Shown here one piece after another: positions 29,401 to 44,400 of a DNA stretch of 64,000 bases. A program made the position numbers and the translations under genes. The notes below the pieces were generated by a model. It was given only the letters and a program-made list of their open reading frames with translations. It made no database searches and was not told the DNA's origin. Within the stretch, counting starts at the first letter, position 1. Every line of letters begins with the position of its first letter. Source of the DNA: Podarcis filfolensis (Eukaryota); the NCBI GenBank assembly GCA_964270895.1, contig OZ185438.1; one strand, given 5' to 3'.

Positions 29401-32400
29401 ATTGGGAGTGACTATGTATTTTGCTTGCAGGTTACTTCTATGTATCTTCCATTGTGGTTTGTTCCTAATCTGCAATTTGTGCCGAAAAATGTGACCACCT
29501 GCTATTAAAATGCACTGCATAAGTAATTGTGTGGGATGCTGTATTTGAAAAAGTGGAAATGCATCTTCCATGTCCTAATATTTGCGTCTTATTCCCTTCG
29601 CACTGTTATCCACTGAAAAATAAATAAATCATAGAACGCTTCCCATAACTCATAAGATACCTGTTTTACCTAGTTGAAACTACTGCTAAGTCTTCTAGTA
29701 GTAACTAGTTTTATCAGCAAACTGCATAATGAAGTGCAGGCAGTTCCAGCAACCAGTTAACAATAGAATGCTAGTTGTGAATACAGCCTTCCAAATCTCA
29801 TATAGAATATGCAGCTGTTGCTACATTTGGGGCTGCATATAATACAAATATGTTTTTTCCCAATAGATTGATGCAAGGGAAATTTATCTGCAAAGGCAAA
29901 GCCTGCTGAAAGATATTGAAACAGTAAGATCCCGAGAGGCAGAACTGAAGCAGAGAATAGAAGCTTTTGAACTGTGAGTTGTTAAACGTTCATATAACTT
30001 TAGTTGGGAAAAAACCGCATATTTTTCTTGGCCTTCTAAATGCTACAGTTAGTATGAAGCTTCATTACTCTTATTTCATTAAATGTAATGTTACACCTCT
30101 AGAAACAGTATTATCCAGCTGCTTTTAGCGGCAGAATTGTTCCCTGTTAACTGAGTTTTATGGTGTTTCATCGAAAAGTTGGCATTGCTTTGACAGTTTG
30201 TCTTGAAGTCAATACATTTTTTTGTTTTTTAATTAAACCATCTAGATACTGACAACAGTGCATGTTGATGTTTTGCCATTAGTCCTGATGTATGTTTAGG
30301 AGAATATGGGTTTGTGAACTGCTTAGAGGTTTTCCATCAAATAAGTATATAACTTTAGTTAGTTAAATACATACAATAAATAATATTTAAGCATAGGTGC
30401 TCAGGAATCCATAATTAACTGATTAGGCAGTTTAAGTTTGTCGCCTTTTAATTCCCTTTCCCTCCCCTTCAGTTTAATGATAGATGAAAATCCCTCTGAT
30501 TACCCAGAAGAGGGAGCTGGTGAACCTTTGAAATAGAGCAATAAGCTTCATCCTCCCTTGTAATTCCTTTACTTTCAGCATTTGCAGTCCTAAATAATTA
30601 GTTCGTGAGCCAGTGTTGTTCAAGATTTCCTGAAATCAGTAGTATATGTTCAACAGTAGGGTTGTCAGATTTAAGGCCTAATCTTTACCACAGCCCACGT
30701 TTAAATCTGTCAGGGCTTGGTAGCTATGCTGTAAACTATCTGAAATACCAGTGATTGCTGCAGTATGCTTTAATACAGGTCTCTGTGCTCATGCAGTGCG
30801 GAGTGTGGAACTTGTAATTTGCCAGCATTTGCAGTCAAACCGGAATGGGTAATAGTGACCCTGGAGAGTTGTATGGCAGGGTAGTTTAAGCTGCCAGGAT
30901 GTTTTTTGTTTTGTTTTGACATAATGAAGAAATTTGGGCTGGGGAACAGTGCCATGTGGGAAGAAGATTAAGATGATGATAAGTTTGGGATTGACTATGG
31001 GAAGTAGCATAGGTGCTGTTAAAAGTGGCTTTACAAAGCACAGTGTGGGTGGAAGAGTTTGGATGGAGAGGGGTATTTGAAGAAGCTAACACCCAGCTTT
31101 ACTGCTATTCTTGCTCTAAACAACTGATTGGAAGGGAAGTGTAGTTACAGAAGGGAACATTTGAATATGAAACTATTGTCCATATGATTAGACATTGCTT
31201 TGTAATGTAATTATGGGAAATGTGGGGGTCTGAAGACACATTGTCATCTGAGTCACTTTAAACCTACCAAGTAAAAACATAATAACAAATCAAATAGCAA
31301 ACTTAGTTCTCCATGTGTGGGTACTTAAGATGGCTGCATCCACATATGAGGGAGATGGTAGGAAGCTTGGTGAAAATCTCAAGGGTTGCAGGAGTACAAA
31401 AAAAGAGAGAACTTTAAAAAAAGAACTCTAATGGGGTGGCAGAATAGCCATTTGCTTCTTAACTCAGCACCTCCCCATGAGGCCAGAATATTAATCCAAG
31501 ATTATTGTTCTAGGCTGGCCAGGGTCTTGGACAAGAGCACTCCTAGGCACATATTGCAGCATTTTGTTGTGAGTTCCATTGTAATAATAAGTTCCCCATC
31601 ATGTTTCTGATGCTTGTGTCACCTGATTTGTTCTGTTAGGATTGTTTTATTGTGCATTTTCTTTCTTTGCTTCAGAGCTCAAAAACTTCAAGAATCAAAA
31701 AATAAAACTGTAGAAGATGCACTTCGTCATCGAGAGGTAACTGTGAAGAACATTGAAGAGACTTATGACCAGAAACTAAAGAACGAACTCCTAAAGTAAT
31801 TAATTTGCCTGTCTCCTTCAGTGACTGCATATGATGCACATAGAAAAGTAGTCGCATAGTAAAGACAGACAGAATATACTAATAAGTGAAACATTTATGG
31901 AGCATTTTTATATACTAGGGATGTTTCTGTCAGTGTGATGGGAAGAGATCGAATTTGGAGCTCTTGCCCTATGGACAAGAGGAGAGTAATGGAAGCAGCA
32001 ATCCTATAGAGGTTTCTTGTTCATCCTCTTGCAATGACCTGATACTCTACTAGGGCAGAGGTGACTAGCCCACAGGTCGTAATTGCCCCCCTATATTTTT
32101 TTGTACCATACTTTTCCATGTGTATTAGCTGCCCCCTATTTTGGGGGACTCAAATTTAAGAAAATGGGGGAGATGGCACAAAGTTGTTGAGCTTTTTTTG
32201 GGGGGGGGGCAGGATTACTCAGGGTTGTTGAGCTCGTCTGTTCCCATGCCGGTAGAAGCTGCCAATCGCCTGCCCAATTGCCGCAGCTTCGGCCAATAAA
32301 CACCACCCATTGACACAACAACCAATAACACGTACAATAGCCACTGATAGCCATGACAGAACCAATCAAATGCACACCCTATGCACTCCCCTTGTATAAG

Positions 32401-35400
32401 CCTACCCCCACTTTTTAGCATGATTTTTAGAGAGCAAAACCTAATCTTCTACACAGAAAAGTACGGCACTTCACACATTGCCCATGCCCACCTCTATACT
32501 TCAGTCCCTGGAGTGTTGACCAAAGGGCAGTGTGGTCCTCTGCCTTAAAAAGGCTAGCAATTGTTGTTTTAGGGATTTAGATTTTAATTAGGAGATGCTC
32601 AAATATTTAAACTCAGATTAAATTTTGTAGGGATGTCATGATTGAAGGAAATGCTGATGGCCAGGGTACACAGATATACTGACCTCTTTCCTTCTGTGCC
32701 AAATTTGAACAAAAAGAAACCAAGAGTGCAGTTTTAAGCAAGTTTCAATGGAGTTCATCTGCTTGGATTCAACTAGCTGTCAATTGTGTTTAGGACTATA
32801 ATTTTATATATGGGTTCTGATTTGTATCTGAAGATTGAACATGGTTAGTTATCCAGGATAAAGCTACTATGACTTTAGCTATAAAGACACATGGAATTGA
32901 AGCTAACAGTGCTTAATCAATTAAAAGTCTTCAATAATTTGGCAACACTTTGCAATGTTTTTTATTCCTAGGTATCAGCTTGAACTAAATGAAGAATACA
33001 TAGCTAGAACCAAGAAAATTACTGAAGATGAGAAAAAAATTAAAGGTGTTTTTTATATCTCTCTATTTAAAAAAAACCCTACCACTCAAAAACAAATGTT
33101 TGACTTTTATTTAATGAAATATGTCTAATATAAAACTTTCCTGTTTTTGACTAGATAAAGCTATGCTTTTGCATGAAGAGACCATTTCTCTTAATTCAAA
33201 AAAGCAAGAATTTGAACATGCTGTATCACATTCAAAAGAGCTTGAGGTAATTGAAGTTAAAATGTCTGTTTTAGCAATATATTTTTACTACCTTTATAAT
33301 TCAGATGAATAAATTATCCAGTTATATCCTGGAAGAGGTCGTCTAACTTTCCCCCCCCTAATATGGTATTTGTTTCCAGCTGGAAATAGATTCAGTCAAG
33401 GCTCAAGTTTTATTATTAAGCAAGCAAAATCAGTTGATGACAAAAAAACTGGAAGAAGTCTCAGATTATCCAACACTAAAAGAAGAGAAAATGGAACTGC
33501 AGGTGCAGAATAAGCTACTCAAACAACAGTTGGAAGAGGCGCGCAATGAAAACTTGGAACTCCGAGACAGTTAGTGTGAATCTAATATTCTTTGAAAAAT
33601 TTTATTAGCAAGATTTGCAAAGAAAATACATTTTAGAAATGTAATAGCATGTCTGCTCTTTTCTTTGTTTCTCTGTGTTAAATGTCTATTTGTTTTTCTT
33701 TTGTATTTCTGTCATAACTAAATGGGTTTTTCAGGGTTTTCATAGTACTTCAGGAAGTAACTCGTAAAGTCCAAAACTACTTATCTGCACCTATCTGTTT
33801 GCAAGACTGTCACTGACACCTATTGAATAGTGACAATGACATCAATGGGCTTTCTTTAAAATTGTGTTTCACAAGATATAAAATCTGTAGTAGCTAGCCA
33901 AAGGCTAAAGCATATGACTGTGATTCAAGCAAGGAGCTAAAAAGGTGACCTCAGATATAGAGGGACCTCAGTTGGCTTGGTCATATGCCCTTATTATAAG
34001 TTGTGTATGTCAATGTGTATATTATGTACTTGAGTGTTTTGATGCCCCAGAGGCTAAGATAGCCAAAAACACAGAACAATGACTCAAGTTTTTGAAGGAG
34101 ATTCACCAATAGGAAGATAAAGCCTATCTGAAGTCCACTGTTTGCTCCTCTCCTTGGTTTGTTGTGCTGTGCTGTCCTCAGTATCCATTTTCATTTGTGC
34201 AAAACCCACATCAATGTTTTTATGATTATTGGATGGACTTTATTAATCTTTTGTTAAGTCCTGATTAATGCTAAGAAGGATGTTCAGTGACTGCCTGCAT
34301 CCAGGGCTTTCCAGGTTAAACCATTTGAATCATAGCACGGAACGCTAAAGAGTGTACAGTGGTACCTCTGGTTACATACTTAATTCGTTCCAGAGGACCG
34401 TTCTGAACCTGAAACTGTTCTTAACCTGAAGCACCACTTTAGCTAATGGGGCCTCCCGCTGCTGCCGCGCTGCCGGAGCACGATTTCTGTTCTCATCCAC
34501 AAATAAAGTTCTTAACCTGAGGTACTATTTCTGGGTTAACGAAGTGTGTAACCTGAAGCGTATGTAACCCGAGGTAGCACTGTAGTTGGGTGGTCTGCTA
34601 CAGAGTATCTGTTTATCAGATGCAGTGTTTCCTGGCAAGGTTAGATTTTAACTGTATCTCCCCCCCCCCCCATTTATAGAGTTGAGTCGGCCATCAGCTG
34701 AATATTTGGTCCTTGAGGCAGAGCTGAAAAGAGCAAAACATGCTAGGAAGCTTGAAGGTGAAGAATCTGACACTCATAAGCAGCTCTTGGAAAAACAGTT
34801 ACAAAATGAGGTAAATGTGCCATTTTGTTGTTTACGCTCATTCTTCTAAAAAATACTTTTTTAAACACAATAGAATCAGTATAAATTCATCAACCACATT
34901 TTCCTCACTCCAAATTATTAAAGTCTAAAACCAGTGTTAAAAAATACAGTCTGATCCTGCAAAAGCAGTGCACACCCTCTACACTTGTATTTGCTGCTGA
35001 ATTGAGAACTCTTTGCATGACACTAAGTAAATTGTTAGTGTTATAAATGCTTACTATGCTAATATTATACTTGAGGAATTAGACAACTAAATTCTCCCAA
35101 ATAAAGGCCAAGTGTAGACTCTCCATTCATATTCTTCATTTCTCTAGATGAGGAACTGATGCGCTCAAAATCAAAATATCTGTTTCTCTCTGCCTCCCTT
35201 CCACCAGTTCATTCATTTGAGACCTGGGGGGCTGATTGCTCATTTGTAACTATATGGATTATTTGCTTCAGTGTGTTAAGAATGCTCTTGAATTAGTAAG
35301 GCATTTTGTCTCTGAAATCTTTTTAGATTGAACATTGTGTACAGCTGAAGACTCAGTTGTCGGAATGTGAAAATACTATCAGGAAGTTAAATGCACAAAT

Positions 35401-38400
35401 GGAAGACCTTAAGCTACAACTGAAACAGACACAGACAGGTTTGAAAAATCCTCTCCACTTTTGGACTAACTCAGAATAAGATCAGGCTTTATTTAGAGCA
35501 ATTTTATTTAAGCATTGGAGCAGATTGAAATAATACACATGAAAAATGTTATGTATTGGTTTTTTTGTAAAAGTCTGATATTGTGATTTTTTAAATTTAA
35601 AACATTTTTTATTATGGAGAAAGATCTTGACCATATGTAGACAATATCTGACAGTTCAGAAACAGAATCAGCAAAGATTGTTGTGGCATCTTAAAGAATA
35701 ACAGTTTTTTATGGACTAAAGGCTCCTTTCATGGACTAAAGGCTCCTTAATCAGAGCCAAGAAACAAAAAGAGTCCATGCAATTTTTAGCCAGAGACCTT
35801 CCATAACTATATTTTATTGCTCCCAACTCAGATTTTCTTATTTGCCCCCCTTCATTCCTTTCTGTTACACCATTCTTTGTTTGAAATCACAATTTCTGAA
35901 ATCGAGTTAAGTCCAATTTAAATGTGGCTTTCTGTGTATTTGGTTGCCCCCTCCCCCGCCTTGGGTACCTTACTATAGCTTTAAGAGACCTCATACTCCT
36001 CCTCAAATCTTGAAATGACTAGGCAAATACTTTCATTATACTTCTATATTTGATTTTAAACATTTTATTCTTGTGTGTGTAACTGCCTTCTGCTGGTATA
36101 GGCAGCTCTTTGGATCTAACTCTCTTCTTTTGTGGCTCTGACACTTTCAGCTTAATTTGAATATTTTCTGTGCATTTTGTTTGATCATACTAACTTTAAA
36201 AACCTGAAATAAATTTGAGGTTTTTTGCTATATTAAATCATGTTGGATTTGTGTGTAGAATAACTATATTAAAATGTAAGGTAAGTTCAGTTTTCATTTT
36301 TGCATGCTAATTATACGATGACCAAATCAAAATTTGTCTTAAATTATTTTCTTTATCTCTATTAAATTCTTGCCTGTAGCATTAGAGAATGAAGTGTATC
36401 GGAATCCAAAGCCCTCTTTGGTTGATCGTTCTGTCATTGACTTGTTTGGTGACAAGACTGTACCTCCTGATATTTATATAGATGGTGCTTTCCTGAAAAC
36501 ACAGCCAATGGCTGATATTATTGGAATGGGAAATGGTACAAGCCCCAGACATCACCACCACGTACTGAAATCTAACACTTCACAAGATTCTGATTTAGAA
36601 TTTGTAGCTAATACAAAGGCTAGAATAAAAGAATTGGAGAGAGAAGCTGAATATTTAGAAGAGGCCTACAGGAATTACCAATACAGAGCCATTCAAACCA
36701 CAGCTGGCCCAGCAAAAACCACATTCTCTTCACCTATGGCAAGTAACTTTAACATGGCATCTCGCCAAAGACTTTGGTTTGCACAGGATGATCTATATTC
36801 CCAAGAAGTACCCTTTCACTGCCAAAAAAGTAAAAGCTATAGATGGACACCAGGAAATGGGGATCACTTGAAAGATCATCTAACCCCTCCACGGAGGAAG
36901 TCTACTTCTAGACGTCTGTCTTCTACTCCTGTTTCCAAAGCAAAGAGAAATATTAGTAACAAGCTGTTTTCTGAAGGTAAGCAATTTGATATTAATGAAT
37001 TATGAGTGAAGTTGTTGCTTTGTGTGGGTATCAGGAGCTACTGATATTAAGAGTTTTCTGCCGTGATGGTTCCTTCCCTTGGTCCATTTCTACTTGCTGC
37101 AAACATGGAAATGCTGTTTTTCATCTAACCCTCTTTTAACGCCACACTATTTAACATTGAAACTGTTAGTCTTTTNNNNNNNNNNNNNNNNNNNNNNNNN
37201 NNNNNNNNNNNNNNNNNNNNNNNNNNNNNNNNNNNNNNNNNNNNNNNNNNNNNNNNNNNNNNNNNNNNNNNNNNNNNNNNNNNNNNNNNNNNNNNNNNNN
37301 NNNNNNNACTCTCTTGCTCCCGCTATTTAATCAAAACATGGAGATAAACTTAAGTGAGAAGTACTGTGCAGAAAAAATTATTTTGTATTTTTTCCACAAT
37401 GAACCAATTTTTTCTAATCTGAAAACCAGTGTTAGAAAGTAACAAGCCTATCTTTCAAGCACCCAAAGTCTTCCAATGTTCCTGCGTTTTTACCCCTCCT
37501 TAAAGTATTCTGTGGTTTTCCAGGAACAATTTCCAATGCACATCACTGGTATTAAGTGTTTTGTTGCTTACAGTAACTGTTCAGATACTATTGCACAGTA
37601 ATATGTGGTTGCCTTCTGTTCTGCAGATACAGTTGCCTCATCTTTTGCTGCCCCTCATCAGAATGCAGACCAACCTCTCTCCCCCATTCAAAGAACAGGC
37701 AACCTTTCATCTCCTGAACATGCTTCTAATATATCAGTTTCTTCTTCCCTAGCCTCTTGCAAACAAAAACTAAGGTAATGTTTATATAGGGGCGAAAGAT
37801 CTTCAGCTATGTCATGTCCCGTATTTGTGTGTTACCTGTTGATATCCGTAATCAAACGTTCTTCCAAGAGCATGGTTTATCCTCAGGCACTTCAGTAGTT
37901 ACAGTATCTTTTTGTGTACTGCATTTTTAATACATTACAGAAACATGGAGATATACAAAACATTTCCTAATCCCTTACACAAGCTGTGTGGTTTTTTTGC
38001 TGCTGAAGGCTGTGCCCTTGCATTCAAAAAGAGATGGAGATAGTAGTGGGCCTCTAACATGCAGACTCGGGGGTAGTGGTGAGTGAGTAGAGGTTGCTTA
38101 ACTTTTGTGGGTCCATATCCTGACCATGTTGTTCCACTTTGAGAGCTGTATCGCATAAGAGTTAGTGTGTTTGGTAATAGTGCACCAGGAAGAAGGTAGA
38201 GAGTACTGTACAGTGGTATGCAAGTTGATAAAATGATGAGGCAACCTTGCTATTGTGAATATGAGATCATGAGTTTAGATATTGGATATTATGACAGAAA
38301 TCTGAATTATTAGAACACTTGGACAGCATGGAAGCTGTCATCCAAACTGCAGAAAGGAACCTTGCTGTGGTTTCCCCCCTCCATACAACCTTAACTCAGT

Positions 38401-41400
38401 TTTCTGATGGTTGATGCTGGCATAGGGAAGACTGTGCATAAAGGCGGCTCCTGCAAGAGCAAAACAAAGAGCTTTGATAAACTTTTCTTGTAACTAATGT
38501 TCATGTCTTTGTATGTTATACCCATGGTGTGCTCTGCAGATGTGACACAGGACTATTAACTTTACGTTTTAGAAACTTTTCTAAACTAAATATAATCACT
38601 TTTCTCCCATCTCCTTTCTTCCTTTTAGTCTTTATCAGCAGCAAGGTGAAACTCAGGGTGTTAGTGACTCTGCAAAATCTGAGAGGCTCCTGTATAAAGA
38701 CCTTGGAAATGATGACTTTGACCTTGGAAATGATGAGTCTGCCAGTAAAGGTAAGTTTTTACTATATTTTTCAGAAAGAAGCAATGCAGAATTTTTTTTA
38801 TCTGGGAGCCACCTTTTTTTAAAAGCCAGAAATCTCTTAAGTATGACTCTTGGGTTTTTTTGGCTTTTCATAACTTCTCAACTTGTTCTAAGGAAATGGG
38901 GGTGCCTTTTAAGCCACCCCTTTTATCAGGCAACTGTGTAATGGTCTTAACATATAAAATGCATAGAACTGAAGCTTAGCCTAATCCTTGTGTATGTATG
39001 TGTGTAAATGTTAGTGGGAATGGTATTGGACATTGTATGACTTACACATTGGGCTTGGGAACCCACGTTAGTAGAAAAGCAAAATAGGCGGAAGCTGAAG
39101 CTTATATTGGTTATATTGGTGAGGCCTTTGGGAAGCTCTGGCACTCTTCTGATAGACATTTTAGTATATTTGATGTTTGCCACAACCTGGAAATGAAAAA
39201 CTAGAGATAGTTTAAAACTGAGCTTTCCAAACTGTGTGTCGTGACACATTAGTGTGTTGGCTGCAGTGTGTAGTTGTGTCACGCAAATGCTCCTTGCGCT
39301 CCTTCCGGGGCTGGAAAGGGATTACTTTAACTTCCAGTTTGCTAGTAAAACTGAATTACTGTTTTGCAAAATGATGCATGTCTTAAATGTGTGTCACCAA
39401 CATGAAAAGTATGGAAAGCTCTGGTTTAAAACTTAGAAGATGTGATGTGAAATAATGAGATTTAATGAAAGTGAAAAATGTTTGAATTGGACAATGCACA
39501 GGGAAAACCAGTAAGTGCATGAAAGAGAGGGTTACAGCACTGGATATACAGTACAAACTATAATTTTAGTTGGACAGAGCTATTGAGGGAGTGCAAATTA
39601 AAGCTTTGCCAAAAAATATATATGCAACTATAACTTACTGGCTTGTGCTGCTATCACACAGTTCCTTGTGTTGATTCTCTCAGTGTTTGTAGATGAATAT
39701 GAAAGGATGGATGGGCACATGTGTATACATGTATACATTATCACTGGCAGCAGAGGCTTGGCTGAGGGGGGGGGGGCATGCTATGCAAAAAAATTGTAAG
39801 ATGTGTGGCATGCTGCATGTGACAGGTGCCTCAGACTAATCGTCTGGATATTGAGCCTGTAAATTAGCTAGGTTATGTTTTGATATAATCTGTTTTGGGG
39901 ATGGAGAACCTTTGGCACTTCAGATGGTGTTGGACTGTAACTCCCATAAGCCACAGCCTATGTGGCCATTGCTTATGGGTGATGACAGTTGTGGCCCTTC
40001 AGATGTTGCTGTTCCTTATAAAAACAAGATGTATATAATAACAGTAATGAAAAACCTGATATTAAAAGATAACAGACTGCTGCTTTCTGACAGAACCTGT
40101 TACAGTGATGTTTATGAATGGTGATAGAGGAGTTGAAATAACTGGAGAGGGACATGATGCTTGCAAGCCCTACCAAACACCAATAAACTCCAGCCTGAGA
40201 AGAGGCAAAACTATAGGAAACTTGAAAGTTTTGTTTTATGGAAGTGACTCAAATGCAACCAGGCTCTCCATATTTTGCATTCATGCTTGTGTCTCATTGG
40301 TGGATTTTAATCCTACAAAGTCCACATTGAGTTGAAGCTGTTTTGACTCTTTGCTTAGGAAACATATTGTAAGAACTAGTTTCCAAGCCAGACAGTCCCA
40401 TGATTCTGATTAAAACAGCCCATTTGAAGTTTCTTCATTCTTAGGGTAATGGTTGGCTTGGCCAAGAAGAGCACTTAATTAATGGCTTACACTTATGCAT
40501 TCTGAACTCAGTCATTCCCACACTGTGTCCATTTCTTTGCCCTGCTTTGATAATTGCAGAATAATGAGGGCATTGTTCCTACTTCTCCTCTAGATCAAGA
40601 GGACATTCCAGAACAGCTCGAAAGCGATGTGTCACATCCATCTCACATTGTTGGTGGAAGCCATGTTCCGGCTACTGTGCCAGCAGCGGGCACTTCACAG
40701 CAGGACATAAGTGAGTTTTCAGCTCAAACAAGTGTGAATAGCCATTTTAGATGGCTTGTTTATCAAAGTATATGGAAACTGAAGCTTTTGCAGCATCTTG
40801 TCTGAAATACAGTAAATGGTATTATTTTAAACTGGCTACTGTCCATAACAGAATATCTTCATAATATATTTCAGTTTAGAGCTGCTTCAGTCAACATAAG
40901 AACATAATTTTTAAGCTTTTCCATACCTGTAACAGGAAGGCACACAATTATGTTAGACATTTGAAGATAAGGCAACAAGGAACCTAGGGGAACTCGAGAG
41001 GGGTGGGGAGTGAGTTTGATAGTAACTATTTTCCCTGCATAGTGCACCACTTTCAACAATTTGTATGGAAAATGGGGATTCCAGAGGGCAAATGTTGAGG
41101 AAAACAGTAACATGTTTTTTGTTTGCATATTGGGGCAGCTGAAAGGGTAATATTTGTGACAGAGAGCCCTGCAGCAGTCCTCTTCTCAAGCCTGCTATTT
41201 CTGTTAGACAGCTGAAACTGCTGTACTTGAAATTTTGTTTTGTTTTGTGACATTTCAACAAAATGTACCCTAACCATTAATATATTTCTGTACCCTACTG
41301 CACCATCATGATGACTAGGCACAGGTAGGTTTTCTGTAGCTTAGTGATCTTGCACAGTCTTATGTAGAGAGTTTATTGGGCAGCCATAGAGTTGGAAAAT

Positions 41401-44400
41401 CACCAATATACATTAAATGGAGGTAAAGGAAGCTGAATACAGTTTGTGCAGGACTTGACATATTCTGCTTCTCTGGATTATTAGTCTTTTCTATGCACTG
41501 TTAAGTACCTATCTGTTTGGAATAATATGCATCCATATACTTTAACTGTGTTTGATTTAATGCTTCAGAATGCAAAACTGTCTTTCTTTGCTTAATACTG
41601 CCCTCTATGTATTAGGTGGAGCAGAAATAACAGCCCTGGAGAAACAAAAGCATCCTGAAGAACAGGAGGAAGAAGAAGCGGAGGAGGAGGAGCAGGAGGA
41701 GCAAAAATGGGAAGAGGGGGAAGGAAAAAGGCAGCAAGAGAGGCAGGACACTTTGGAAAGAGAGCAAGGAGAACTGGAAAAAGCAAATGAAGAATTGGTA
41801 ATGCATTTCAGAGTCTTGGTGATTTAAAATAGTTATTATAAACTAAAGAGTACTTTCTTTTTCTGGACTAGGACTGTAGATACAGGCAGCCCCCCCCCCA
41901 TTTACATGCGTCCAGTATGTGTTTGATTTTGTAAACTCGCATCACGCCGAACCCAGAAGTGACCTGGAAACGCCATAAAGACATCACTTAAAGGGCGCAA
42001 TGGGGGTGGGGTGTTTGCAGGCTTTTTCAGTGGGTTTCGGTTATACGCAATTGAACCGATGCACACAGTGCCTCGGAACGTAAACCCTGTGTAAACAGGG
42101 GGGCTGCCTGTATAGACAACAGATTCTCAGAGGCAGTTTTGTGGAGTGGCCGTTGCGTGTAGTGTGCTGATAGAATTTCTGCAGAACTTGTTTTCCTTCC
42201 AGTGGAGATTGATAGATCAGAAGCTATTTGCCACCTGCCATTTTACCACCATATTGATTTGCCAGGGATATGAGTAAGCTGCTGTAAAACTGCATTAAAT
42301 TGGGGTTTCCCTGCTCTATTATATCCCCACTATATCCCACCCACCCTGGTTGAACAGAAATCAAATTTATTATATTGGATTATTCATAGTGCCTTAGTAC
42401 TGGTAAAAGGAAAGTGTTTTACAAATAAAAATAAACTGGACAACCTTTGAATATTTCCTTTTGGAAGAAGGAGATGGTTTATAGAGCAGCTATTTTTGAA
42501 GCTCTTTGTGCAGAATAGGAATTTTTATAAATGATCACTTCTGAGAGTATGCTGTCTTGGGGTGCTCTGATGATAGGAGGCTGCAGCCCTGCTACTTCTA
42601 ATGGCAGGCTGGAGTCCTTCCCATCCAGTGGACTTCCTCATGAGGAACTATGTGGTCAGCATTTCTTACCATTTCAGTAATAAAACCAAGATACGGCACA
42701 TTAATCTGACACCACCAAAGATGGAAAGTAAACTGCATCAGTTGTTCTTAGTATATGTTCTGGGGAAAGGGACCAGTACAAACATTCTCTTTGAGAACTG
42801 ACTTTCTAACAATACTTTGCATTTAGCTGTTTTACTTTTTTATGCAAGTATTTCTAAACCACCATATAAAATATCAGGACTATGTGTAACATTAAAGACA
42901 TAAAACACCATTTGAGAAAGCAAAATACAGATAATGGTTAAGGTCACTGGCAAATAAAAAATTAAGCTGCTACAGTGAGCTTTCAACATTAATAAAAGGC
43001 CTTCAAGTGTCACCTGAAAGTCAATAGCAAGGGTGCCTGCTGAATCTGCTGGAAGAATGTTCTCTATAGCATGGGATTGCAACATCAAATGCCCAACTTC
43101 TAGTTGAGGCCAGCTGCGCTTCTGTAAAATGGGGGATTTGATAATCAAATGTAGTTTAGTTCTGGTTGAAGTAAGCCACTTATTGATTACTGTGAGGATT
43201 TAACTTGTGTTTGAAGAGACATCATTATTGCAGGCAATTTGCTGCAACTAATTTTGTGCTGTTTCTTATATATAGTCCTTTAAGAGCCTTATAAAAGTAC
43301 AGTGGTACCTCGGGTTACATACGCTTCAGGTTACATACGCTTCAGGTTACAGACTCTGCTAACCCAGAAATAGTACCTCGGGTTAAGAACTTTGTTTCAG
43401 GATGAGAACAGAAATCATGCTCCGGCGGCACGGCACCAGCAGCAGGAGGCCCCATTAGCTAAAGTAGTGCTTCAGGTTAAGAACAGTTTCAGGTTAAGAA
43501 TGGACCTGCGGAACGAATTAAGTACTTAACCCGAGGTACCACTGTATAGGATGCTGAGTGTAGGTAGGATTATGTTACCAGTGGGCCACATTTAAGTGGA
43601 GCATTCCTTTCTTCTCTGTTAAAATGTTTTATGGTGTTCATTCTTTGGTTTCATAAAAGTGTATGCAAGAGTCAGTGGAAACCGAGAAAAAGCATGAAGA
43701 TGTGGCAGATATGGAAACCATTATCTCAAAGTCTGAAGAGCATGGTGGTGATGCTATTCCTAATCCACTGGAAAAATACATGAAAATAATACAGCAGAAT
43801 CGGGAGCAGGAGTTTGCAAATGAGGTGATGTTGTCCATTATTCTTACATCTAATGTCCTGTGGTTAATAGGTCGTCTCCCATCTAGGTTCTGATCTGAAC
43901 CAAATGTGCTTAGCGTCAACAAGATGGTGGTTTAATGCACCTGAGATGTATTAGTTTGGGAACTCACGTACTCCAAGAACAATCTCAGTAGTTCCTTTGT
44001 CTTTTTCACATTGGACAAGCAAGCATGCAAGATAGCATGTACACAACCAACTAAAGAGTAGAACAAGATCTAATTAATTTAAAATGTTGAGGTCTAGCTT
44101 TTGTTGTATCAGAAACTTGGGATATAAAGTCTACCTTATGTTTCCCCCACTTGAGGTCATTTAATAGTCTATTGCCAAATTATTTCGGTTAATAACCAAC
44201 AAAAATTTCCAATGTACTAGATTGTTGTTGCAAACCTTGTGGATATTTGCAGTTGAGCTGATTCTTCTGCAGCTTGCTTTGCAATTTATCCAGAATTAAC
44301 CATCTTCAGCTGAATTAATGATTAGCTTACAAGGACGGATTCCAAGCCATCATACTTCCTTGATTATAGCTTTTTGGCTTAATGAGTCATGCTTCATGCA

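Noticed and set aside
41592-41806. Leu/Phe/Pro-rich minus-strand ORFs
   Set aside because: Antisense shadow of the Glu-rich OFD1 exon 20.
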